Assembly: GCA_004764695.1 (NCBI GenBank)
Contig: SMSO01000004.1
Span: 248,001-312,000, forward strand
Length of the DNA stretch: 64,000 nucleotides
Direction: 5' to 3'
Source: Schizochytrium sp. TIO01
Lineage: Eukaryota; Protista; Bigyra: Labyrinthulomycetes
The notes below the pieces were generated by a model, which saw only the letters and a list, made by a program, of their open reading frames with translations, ran no database searches and was not told the DNA's origin. The number at the start of each line of letters is the position of its first letter. The stretch's first letter is position 1. Below are positions 22,901 through 32,197 of the stretch, piece by piece. The translations under genes and the position numbers were made by a program.

Positions 22901-25072
22901 TCACTGATTACCTTTCGGCAATTTGAGATGCTGTTTAAATGCCTTAGCAGCCTTTCGAGCTCGTTCTTGACCCTTGCGATGTTGTGGTTTGGGGACAGGA
23001 ACAGGCAATGGTACAATGAGACGTCGAAGCCTGGTATTGTTGTCTTGACGCGTGTTTTCTGACATAATAGCTGATGGAATGTGAGTGACAGATTCGTCAT
23101 CACTGTCTACGCTGCTGTCTGTCTCTGGAAAGTAGAACTGTGCAAGGTCTTCACCAAGATACTCAGTTGGTGTACTTTCAATACTTTTCAGGAGGCGAGT
23201 AAAGTGTGTTAGGATATGATCTGTTTTTGTATTGAGGTGGAAGAGCAGGTGCCCAAAGACGTTAAATTCAGCTTCGAGGACTTGCCTTGGCGCTAAAGAC
23301 TGCACGCGTTCAATATCAGCGAGGACATCGGCAACTGTAGCCGTTCCAGGTAGCTTTGGTTCGTTGAATTTATATGCCAACAACAAGCATACAGACATCA
23401 CAAGCTTACGATTACGCTTATCCACAACACCCTTAAAAACCAGCTTTTCGAAATAGATTATAGCAAGAGCAGCTGTGGAAAGCTCAAGTTTGAGCGTGCG
23501 GGTATGCTCCAGAACCTCGCGCTTAAGGTTTCGGATTTTACTCAGCGTAAGCTCTGCAGGTAGCTCAGGATGCTGCTCACGGAATACCTCGTTAAGCTCT
23601 TGTTTTAGGACTTTCTTTTTAGTGTAGGGTAGCACACTGAGATACATTCCATCAAGGCTTTGAACAATACGATGTTTGCCAAGGCGAACCTCTGGATCAT
23701 CTAGCGCATTTGGTTGATACTCTCGGTCCCATGCTTCTTCACGTGCAGCGCGAGCTGGATCGACTTGATCGCCACTTACTGCCGCCCACTCTTGGTTGAA
23801 GTATCGTGCATATGAAGTACCCTCTCGCTGCAGCCAGTCTGTATCTGAGAGAATTTTTGGTACCTCTTGACGCCTGCGTGGTACATCCATCATGACAGCA
23901 CCGAGGCGCATTTTCTTACCACGTCGCGATTCTACAGTTTCGCTGTACTTGACAACAGAGAGTACCATGCCAGGGTAACCTTTATTCCAAGACAAGAACA
24001 ATCTTGCGCTATCGTGAATGCCTTCATTAAGCAACATTTGTTCTTGCGCTGCGCGAGGCACCCGTTGCCCTGTCATACGGGCTTCGCGATCTGAAACATA
24101 TCGAAAGTTTGTGGGGCCACGGACATGGTAACCAATAGGAGCGCCAGCAGCTCCTGCAGCTGTTCCTGTCTCGTCAGTAGCTACTGTTGGCGTTGACGGG
24201 TGTACGCCGGCCATTGTTTCTTTAACTCCATGTTCTGTCACGTCACCACCATGAGCTATTTCGATGCCGCCTTGGTCTACACCGCGTACCGCATTGTCAG
24301 TGTTTGTAAGCAAAGAATCGGGTAAGCCGCTCGGATCTTGCTGGTGGGCTTTAGTTCCTTGTGCGGCATCTCCAGAAAGCGTCGCCGTAGATCCATTGGT
24401 TGCATTAGTCCCATGCTTATCGCCAGTTATAGTACCATTGACCCCCGGCTGTGCTGCGTTTTGACTTCGTGCTAAGTGCGATTTAGCTCCAGCCAAGACC
24501 TCAGCTTCATTGTCCATTGGAATGTGTAGCAGGAAGTCTAAAGCCCTCATTTTCATACGTCCTGTCTTAACTGCTTTCATGGTATTCACTACTGGTTTGC
24601 GATTCACCACTGGTTGTTGTGCGTCTGGCGCATTCACAAACCGTACGCGTTTTCCAGATCGTTGTTGGATAAGTTGTTGCTGATGCTGCTGTTTATGGTG
24701 CTGTTGAAAATGCTGATGTTGGTTCTGTGCCTGCGATAACACTGATGAAGACCTTGCCAGGGAATTTACAGCTACTGACGCCCCGCTTCCAGATGTTGTT
24801 GCGTTTGTCATTGAGTGGTAGTACGAACCTCCGCTCGACTCCAGAGCATCGTCTTCGTCATCATATTTATCCCAAGGGTGCTGTTGCGGTTCTGAATTAC
24901 TACTGATATGCGGAATCGAGTTTGTGAGCAAACTTACGTGAGCTCCTGTATTCTGGTTTGCCGCTCGACGAGCGACAGTGGCCCTGTGCTCGCGGAGAAG
25001 CTCCCAGCGACCCCACGTCTCCATTCCAAGCAAAGCGAGGGCGGCACTCTGCGCGTTTTGAAAGCCTAACAC
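22901..25072 (-). CDS. CABLES: CABLES-like (CDK5/ABL substrate) cyclin-fold protein; 5' end uncertain (first ATG at 25024, possible upstream exon)
   Basis: LDDPEVRLGKHRIV, ELNEVFREQHP..LTLSKIRNLKRE, STAALAIIYFEKL, NRKLVMSVCLLLAYKFNE, EFNVFGHLLF match the CABLES C-terminal cyclin-like region. Confidence 0.88.
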   Translation of the reverse strand: MLGFQNAQSAALALLGMETWGRWELLREHRATVARRAANQNTGAHVSLLTNSIPHISSNSEPQQHPWDKYDDEDDALESSGGSYYHSMTNATTSGSGASVAVNSLARSSSVLSQAQNQHQHFQQHHKQQHQQQLIQQRSGKRVRFVNAPDAQQPVVNRKPVVNTMKAVKTGRMKMRALDFLLHIPMDNEAEVLAGAKSHLARSQNAAQPGVNGTITGDKHGTNATNGSTATLSGDAAQGTKAHQQDPSGLPDSLLTNTDNAVRGVDQGGIEIAHGGDVTEHGVKETMAGVHPSTPTVATDETGTAAGAAGAPIGYHVRGPTNFRYVSDREARMTGQRVPRAAQEQMLLNEGIHDSARLFLSWNKGYPGMVLSVVKYSETVESRRGKKMRLGAVMMDVPRRRQEVPKILSDTDWLQREGTSYARYFNQEWAAVSGDQVDPARAAREEAWDREYQPNALDDPEVRLGKHRIVQSLDGMYLSVLPYTKKKVLKQELNEVFREQHPELPAELTLSKIRNLKREVLEHTRTLKLELSTAALAIIYFEKLVFKGVVDKRNRKLVMSVCLLLAYKFNEPKLPGTATVADVLADIERVQSLAPRQVLEAEFNVFGHLLFHLNTKTDHILTHFTRLLKSIESTPTEYLGEDLAQFYFPETDSSVDSDDESVTHIPSAIMSENTRQDNNTRLRRLIVPLPVPVPKPQHRKGQERARKAAKAFKQHLKLPKGNQ

Positions 25073-26043
25073 ACAATGAAACAGGTTTTAACGTAGACTT
25101 CGAAGTACCCCCACGCACTTCAAAGGCCGAGCCCACTCTATCTGAGGCTTTTGCATAGAATTTGGCCAAGTGCCGGTCTGCCTAAGTTTTGCTCGTTTAT
25201 GAATGTACATTTGATTATTATTACTTTTCTATGTGGTACATATTTGTTTTGCTTGTTTTTACTAGGTAGGCCCTACTAGTGGTTTTTTAGCTCAACTTCT
25301 TTTTATTTCTTTTTCATGTGTAATTATGGAAACTTGGAAACTTGCATGGCTAATGAGCGTAGATTTTCTGCAAAGGATACAGTTTTGCCTTGAATACCTT
25401 CGTGATTAGGGTAAACGTTGATATTGGCAATTTAAGTCGAAAAACATCATTCTACATTTATTTCTCAGTATTTTTAATTTGTTTTTCTTCTGAGATGCAC
25501 TAATATAAATTCATGCAAAGCAGATTCTTGTGCCGCATGAAGAGAAGTAACAATTTGTCTGGCTGATGTTTTTGATTATTTTTTTAAAAGCATGGGAGCG
25601 AAGGTAAATAAGATACCGTCAGTCATGCCACAACGCAATGAAGCATTGCAGGTGATTTTTAATTTTCTATGATTTGCCTCCAAGCAACGAAGTGACGAAG
25701 TGCCACAAGACCAGATGCAATAATCACGATCCGTAAAGCCCTGAAGTCCACCCTAAAGTTAACAAGGCCATATGACTATTCCTAAGAAATAAAAAAGACA
25801 ACTAATCTCATCATGTCACTTCCTAAAAGCAAAGATCACTTCTATTTGTCCCAAGAGGTTAGTACTGATATGAATAAACTTGGGAGTTCTGATAACACAA
25901 ACGTTGCCCGGTGATAGCTTTCTCTACTTAATCGAGACGGTTGGGAAAATGTAACCACCTCCATTAATGGAGATTTTACTCTCATTAAAGTTGTCAATCC
26001 GGACGCGCTACGCACTAATCTTATTTTGAGATAAGCATATACA

Positions 26044-26888
26044 TTAATCGTCCTCACTATCTGACGAGAGGGCAGCAATCCTAGCCATGACAGATTGCGG
26101 TTTGTCTTGGCGGGCAGACTTTGGCCCTCGTTTCCGGGACAAATCCAAATCGGAGTCCAAACTTGAATCAGACTCTTCTTCCTGTTCTTCATCACTGCTA
26201 TCTAGCGCAGGTCGTCCAGAGCGGCGTTGAAGCATTTTAGGTTCTGAGGCAACAGATGATTTAGAGGACGATATGCTAGGCTTTTTCCTTTTGCCAGGTT
26301 TTCTTGACTCTTCTTCAACCTCGGATTCCTTTGACTTTGCTGCTTTCGAGGAAGCCTTTGCCATTTTCTTATTGCGACGTTCCTCGACGTCCTTTTTCCT
26401 CCGTTCCTTTACGATACCAATTTCCTCGACTTCATATTTTTCGAGCTCTCGCAGTAATTTCGGTGACTTTCGCGCACACAGTTTTACATCATCACTTGAG
26501 ATAACAGCTCGCTTACCATGGTTCGCGAACATAATGAGATCTTCGCTCATGATGCCTGCGATCTCCATGACCACCTTGGCAATCGTCTGCACTGCACCAC
26601 GAGATATTTTTACTTCATCATGATGTTTCTGCTCTGACACTTTGCACGTTTTGTCCACGACAAGAGCCACTTTTGCCTGTGAAGCCAAGACCAGTTGTTA
26701 TCATCATCGACTGTGTTAGTCAGTCCTCTATTCCATTCATTCATCCTCCACTTCAACAACGTTCGACACTTCAGGGTTTCGAACAGTGCCCATCTCAGCT
26801 TGTTTCCCCAGAACTGTCGCCACAGCTTTGATTCGCAAATTCGTCAACCTACCTGCAACAGCGAAGCGTCTGTCTCTGCGTTCTCCAT
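26044..26888 (-). CDS. CENPS: CENP-S / MHF1 histone-fold protein with a basic/acidic C-terminal tail; two exons (26888-26853, 26676-26044)
   Basis: EDLIMFANHGKRAVISSDDVKLCARK motif. The listed ORF lacks an ATG and has an in-frame stop just upstream. Exon 1 ATG...TTG CAG|gtaggt and acceptor cttcacag|GCA AAA join in phase 0 across a 176-nt intron, giving MENAETDASLLQ-AKVALVVDKTC. Confidence 0.88.
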
Positions 26889-28079
26889 GGTATGAATTTC
26901 TCAATACCAGTCACGCCTCCCGGAGCGCTCCGTTGCAACTTGATTGTGGTTCTGCGTCTCGGTGTCTCGAAAGCATCATATTGTTCATATTCAGGCGTGG
27001 TTAGAGCTCTGACCCGGGAGTTGCTTTTAGTGAATGATTGTAGACTCTTCATCGTATATGGAGCAATAATTAAGTTTCATGTATCAAGCTATTTGGGAAA
27101 GCTCAAGTAAAATCAGGTTGGAATCTAAGTAGCCATGATAGGAGCTTGATACCGGCTTCGTTGGAATGGTTGTGTGCAGGATTTCTCACACCCAATGACT
27201 GCAATTTCTTTCATAGTTTTCTTGGTATCTAAATAATGAAATAAAGATCGCAAGTCCCACAGAAGCAGAGTGGCCTTGTGATGACACATTATTTTCTCTA
27301 CACATTTACCCACTGTACCAAGCACACAAACACATTCGGTCAGGACTTTCCTCGATTGCATGATTCAATTTGTAATCAAGACAACATCTCAACAACTTCC
27401 TCGCCCCAACATGTTGATCATTTCACATCCATCTGACACAAATGGTAGAACCCTTGGATCATTTGTAGCGTTCTATATTGTTGTTCTGTTCTCTGCAAAG
27501 TCTTTCTTTTACCTCTGTTTTCTTTTTTTTTTCTTCGCAGGCCCAAACCGAAAACACGCTCGAGCTCGGCGCGCAGTGGCTGGTCGCCTAGCTGGGCCAC
27601 CATTGGCAGCATCAAGCATTGGCACGATATATATGCTGCTGGGGCGGTGCTTTGGTTTCAATTTTCGGGTTGACTACTTGTGCAGGCTCCTGGCTGCTCG
27701 TGACCTGCACTTACCGGATCCGATCTTGTTTACTCAACGTCTCTGCAAAAGTGATATACAGAGAGTAGAAGTAAAAAAACTCTGTGGCAACAAGTACTTT
27801 GAAGGAAATTACCGTGCACAAAGCAAGGGCTTGAAGGGAGGCATTGCCTATAGCGCAGCTTCGATTGGTTTGTACTGAGGCTTCTCAAGAACTTTAGGAT
27901 TTGGGGAACTGGTTGCGCTAAAAGGCTAGGTTTCCTTTGCTTTTTAGAGCAAGCCCCCATTTGCAGATCAAGCACAAGGCATCTGTGGAGCTGTAGATTT
28001 ATCAATCTACGATAGCCCAAAGTTGAGAGGTCTCCCTAATTAATCGTTGATACATTCCACAAAGGTCTCGTAAGCCAGC

Positions 28080-30239
28080 ATGAATTTGAACGAACGTATC
28101 AGCGAAGAACGTGCAAGACTGGCGCAGGCTAAGCAGCGTCTGAGGGGTCGTCGCCAGGAACTGGGCCTTGGTGGCTACGCTTTGCAAAGCCAGCAGGAGG
28201 TTTCAAGCGTATCCTCTGCATGTACTGGCATGGCAAGGGCTCATGTTGAGGATTCGCATACCCGCAAATCAAATTTGCAAAACCACTATTATGAGGAAAG
28301 GGCTAACGCAAGTGCACAGCGTCAGCGTCTAGATTTAAGCGATTTTGCAGCAAATCGAAGGTTTGACTATCGTAGTCCCAAGAGTAGATCTGCACGGGGC
28401 GTTTCAGTAAGAGTGACTAGCAGGTCCACAACACCAACCTCCAGTCACTCGAGATCGTTTGGTTATGGAGGCCACCAAACCCCTCGATCAGTGGCGGGCA
28501 GTGCAGCTGGGACTCCACGAGCAAGATCTCTCGCTCCCGGAGCCGGTTCGAGTTCTGTGTGTCTCCCTGATGCACATGGTGAAATTTTGCGTCAGGCTTC
28601 AACTCGAGAGGCCGCGCTGGCAGCCAAGGCTTCTTTGCACGAGCGGAAGCTGGCATATGCGGAAAAGGAGCTGACAGCCCAGGCAGACTTATTGGAGGAG
28701 GTTAAACTAAAACATCTTGAGCTTACAGAAGAGCTCACAGAAGCTCGTTCCAACAACTCCAAGCTTCGTAAGGAGAAACAGGATTGCGTGACGGAACGCG
28801 ATGTAGCTCGTCAGCGAGTGTATTCCTTGTCAGAGAGGGTAAGCGATTTGGAGAAAGAGCTAAAGGCCACACGAGAGGAGCTCAAAAGCAAGATTGGAGA
28901 GACCACGACGGAAGCTGCGGATGCCAAAGAAAAGGTTGGCTCTCTAGAACATGAGCTCGCAAATGTTCGAGCTTCTCTTGTGCAGACGCGCCAGCGCCTG
29001 GAAAGAACAAGTACTCTATTGGAGGATATGGAAGCTCGCGCGTTAGAAGCCGAAGCTCGTGCGGATAAGCTTGAAGAGGAAAATATCGAAATCAAGCAAG
29101 CCTTTACTGCTGAAAAGGAAGGACGCGAGGAATATAGCGACAAGTGTAAATTACTTGAGCAAGAGCTCAAACATCTTCGCGCAGCTTTAAGCGATGAAAG
29201 TGGTAGTGCGGAACAACATGAGGCGGCCATCGCAGAGGTGACAAATCAGCTGGCCGCAGAGAGGGAACGGGCTAGTTCTCTGGAAGCGAGCTTGAAGACA
29301 AGCTTGATGGAAGCACGAGAAAGTCTTGAAAAAGCACGAAAAGAAGCTAAGGAGGCTTTTGACCGAGCAGCCACAGCCGAGCAGCACGCTAAGATTGCGG
29401 AAGAAAACCGTAAAGCCTCAATGTCTCACTTTCAAGAGCAATATCAGGTGATGCACGAGCAGATGGCTCGCAACACCTTGGCAACAAATGCACAAACAGA
29501 TGCTTTGCGACTTGAAATGGAAACATTACGAGCTCAAATGAGTGTTACTGAGGCAACATCCTTGAAAGCGCCTTTTTCTTCGAACGCAAGCGTGAATTCC
29601 GCCACATCGAGTGTGATAAATTATGGTTTAACAAAAACGACCTATATGACTGCAGGTGATGAAGATAAAAATGAAGATTATGAGATAGGCACCAAGGGGT
29701 CGGTGCCTGCTTTACCAAGTCCGACTTACTCAGAGGTGTCTGAAAAGGCTATGTTGACTGAAATTGAAGAGCTTTTGGTCGATGTTGATCTGCCAGATGG
29801 AAGCTGCGCAGAGCTTATCGTACGTTCAACAGATGACCCTGCTGAAGCTATAGCCCGATTTAGTACACTTCATTCTTTGTCGCCACGTGTTGCAGCCCAC
29901 CTGGAAGAGTATGTATGCGCACAGCTACAACGAACGTGTGTCCGGTTACCTAAATCCCCTTCTGCTCGCCCAACCTCACCCCCGCCTCCACCTCCTCCTG
30001 TGGCCAAGGAACCTGAATATGCTACCAGAAGAAATCAAGCACTTAGATCTCCGTATGTGGATACCAGTACAGAGGAGTACAAAGATGATGGTTTGCGTGG
30101 CATGAGGGCAAGTCAAGGTTCGTCGTCTTCACCCAGAATTCCCCGAAGTGCAGGGTTAAGCACACAAGTACAAAAGCAACAAACGTTGGGGTCACGTGAG
30201 CCATCTCGAATGCGAAGACTGTCCCAATTGCGTAAATGA
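28080..30239 (+). CDS. Long coiled-coil protein with S/R-rich N-terminus, small C-terminal globular domain and Pro-rich tail, 719 aa
   Basis: Long ATG ORF; E/A/K/L heptad region over roughly aa 170-490; LLVDVDLPDG...DDPAEAIARF module. Confidence 0.88.
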   Translation: MNLNERISEERARLAQAKQRLRGRRQELGLGGYALQSQQEVSSVSSACTGMARAHVEDSHTRKSNLQNHYYEERANASAQRQRLDLSDFAANRRFDYRSPKSRSARGVSVRVTSRSTTPTSSHSRSFGYGGHQTPRSVAGSAAGTPRARSLAPGAGSSSVCLPDAHGEILRQASTREAALAAKASLHERKLAYAEKELTAQADLLEEVKLKHLELTEELTEARSNNSKLRKEKQDCVTERDVARQRVYSLSERVSDLEKELKATREELKSKIGETTTEAADAKEKVGSLEHELANVRASLVQTRQRLERTSTLLEDMEARALEAEARADKLEEENIEIKQAFTAEKEGREEYSDKCKLLEQELKHLRAALSDESGSAEQHEAAIAEVTNQLAAERERASSLEASLKTSLMEARESLEKARKEAKEAFDRAATAEQHAKIAEENRKASMSHFQEQYQVMHEQMARNTLATNAQTDALRLEMETLRAQMSVTEATSLKAPFSSNASVNSATSSVINYGLTKTTYMTAGDEDKNEDYEIGTKGSVPALPSPTYSEVSEKAMLTEIEELLVDVDLPDGSCAELIVRSTDDPAEAIARFSTLHSLSPRVAAHLEEYVCAQLQRTCVRLPKSPSARPTSPPPPPPPVAKEPEYATRRNQALRSPYVDTSTEEYKDDGLRGMRASQGSSSSPRIPRSAGLSTQVQKQQTLGSREPSRMRRLSQLRK

Positions 30240-30654
30240 AATTAGTGTGATTTCTAGTAGACCTGTTGCAAAGATAAACATCACAGTACCTTTCACAACA
30301 GACAAGAGACTGAACACTTATTGATGTTATTCATGAAATAGGTCTATTGCTGGTGGATTTTTGAATGTCCATTTTAAATAACCACTTTAAGTTCTTTATT
30401 ATTTTGCTCGCCATTGCTAGCTAGTTTAGGAAATAGAATCGTACGAAAAATGCCCAACCTGTGAGCACAGTAAAGACATATAGATATTGTTTGCCCTAAA
30501 GCACGCTTACATGGAAAAGATTGATTTCAAGGTGTAAGAAGGCAAAGCGGAGGATGGAATTATATCGAAAGGTATAGAGAACAGGAGGAATACAAAGAAG
30601 AAGAAAATTAAAGAAAAAGAAGAAGGAGTTAACGATGAGTTGGAGAAACCTTTT

Positions 30655-31254
30655 CTACTCCTCAACGCGAGCAAGAGTGTCTTCTGAAGGAATATTAAAC
30701 GTCAGAACCGAATGTGATTTGTTGCCATCCTCCTCTGTTTTTATGATGGCTAATTCAAATGTTGACATCGGGGTTAATGTTTCAAGTGCCCGGTCAGTTC
30801 CAGCATCAGCTAGACCTTTTGGTGATCCATCTTGGACGAGGTCAAAGATAGCATCCGGAGCTTCCAAAGCACCCCACTGCTCTAATGCGCCCTTTAAACT
30901 CACAAGCTGTTTCTCTCGGGCTTGAATGGCCTCATCAAGCTTTCTCAGCAGTGATTCGTGTGCTTCATCTTCATGGTCTGGCGAGGCTGGTTCAGAGCCG
31001 GGTGACACGGGAGACTCGCTTTCGCTAGCATGGGCGCGTCCATGTCGCTTGTGAGGCCCTACTGCCATCATGGCTGCTTTACGCCGGTTATACGCATCGA
31101 GGTCACTGGTAAGGGCTGTAATTCGTTTTGTGAGAGCTTGTCGTGACTTTTCTGCACAGGTTTTGCGTACGTGATTCAAAAGAACGTCTGCCGCAACATC
31201 TGCATTAACAAGGAGGCGCTGATCACATCCAAAGCGTATTTGAACTAATGCCAT
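30655..31254 (-). CDS. CXorf65/C22orf15-like small protein with a coiled-coil insertion, 199 aa
   Basis: N-terminus VQIRFGCDQRLLVNADV..DVLLNHVRKTC and C-terminal IFDLVQDG...ALETLTPMSTFEL resemble this family as recalled; ATG ORF in the gene-dense block. Confidence 0.7.
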   Translation of the reverse strand: MALVQIRFGCDQRLLVNADVAADVLLNHVRKTCAEKSRQALTKRITALTSDLDAYNRRKAAMMAVGPHKRHGRAHASESESPVSPGSEPASPDHEDEAHESLLRKLDEAIQAREKQLVSLKGALEQWGALEAPDAIFDLVQDGSPKGLADAGTDRALETLTPMSTFELAIIKTEEDGNKSHSVLTFNIPSEDTLARVEE

Positions 31255-32197
31255 TGCGTCGAAATAAGCTTTCTCGAAAGAACGGAGTTACCAAGCCAAG
31301 ACTCAAAACAATCTGACTAGCTGTTGCTATCGAAGCTCCAAAGACTTTCGATATCGAGCACAATCAAGAGCTCGACCGTCTTTTACTCTCTATTCCTCGC
31401 TCAAAAAAGCAATATAAGATTACCACGTAGTTGTAATTGCACGAGCACTAGAGTATATTAACAAAGATATGTAACATTCTAAACTGTCTCAAACGAAGAT
31501 TTTATCAACAATAAGCAAGACATGCTGACAAATTGTAACGGTCACATGAATTGTTTATAAGTGCAATAGGTCTACTAAGTGTTTACTAGAATTACCTACA
31601 TCCTTACCTATACGTACCTACCTAATGAATGAGGACAAGAAACAAAGATAGAAAGAAAGGGACGAGTGTATTTGGTCTTTCTATCTCACACAAAAGGTCC
31701 ATGGACTGCTTGATGCATGCACTTCATGAAACCCTGTCAGGAGTATTTTGAAGCAGTGAAGGAAAGAATTAAAGAAAACAAAGGGAGTAGTAATGTGTCA
31801 TCATGAATAGAGAAAAGAAAAATGAAGAATGTAAACAGTTCAGAGGCGCTAAGGTAAGTAAAGAAGAGATGAAAGGCGCTTATAGTAGGAAACAGTTGTA
31901 CAGTGAATGCGCGCGCTAATGTAGGTCTTGTATGTGATGATAAATCTCTAGTTCAACTCTTGCTTTGCTAGATTTCTTGGTTTTAATTTTCTTTCTTAAG
32001 ACAAACAAAAAGTACAATACAGCAAGGCGCATTGCTGCGTCACTTGGCGAGTAGTCTAAAGAAGTACTTTTATATTGAAATGCTTTTTGCAATGTCGTTG
32101 TTGGTTGGTGTGACTTTTTCAAACACAAACCAAATTTTGACAAGATGAAATGTGATGTGTCAAAATAAGTGTTGCGCTGTAATCGATAGAAGAGAAC

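Noticed and set aside
27360-27878. 172-aa ORF between CENP-S and the coiled-coil gene
   Set aside because: Runs through a poly-T tract, no domain; more likely divergent promoter/UTR sequence
15496-31254. Functional ciliary/cell-cycle gene cluster (polycystin, CXorf65-like, CABLES, CENP-S, coiled-coil)
   Set aside because: Mixed orientations and unrelated functions; ordinary eukaryotic gene neighbourhood with no evidence of co-regulation
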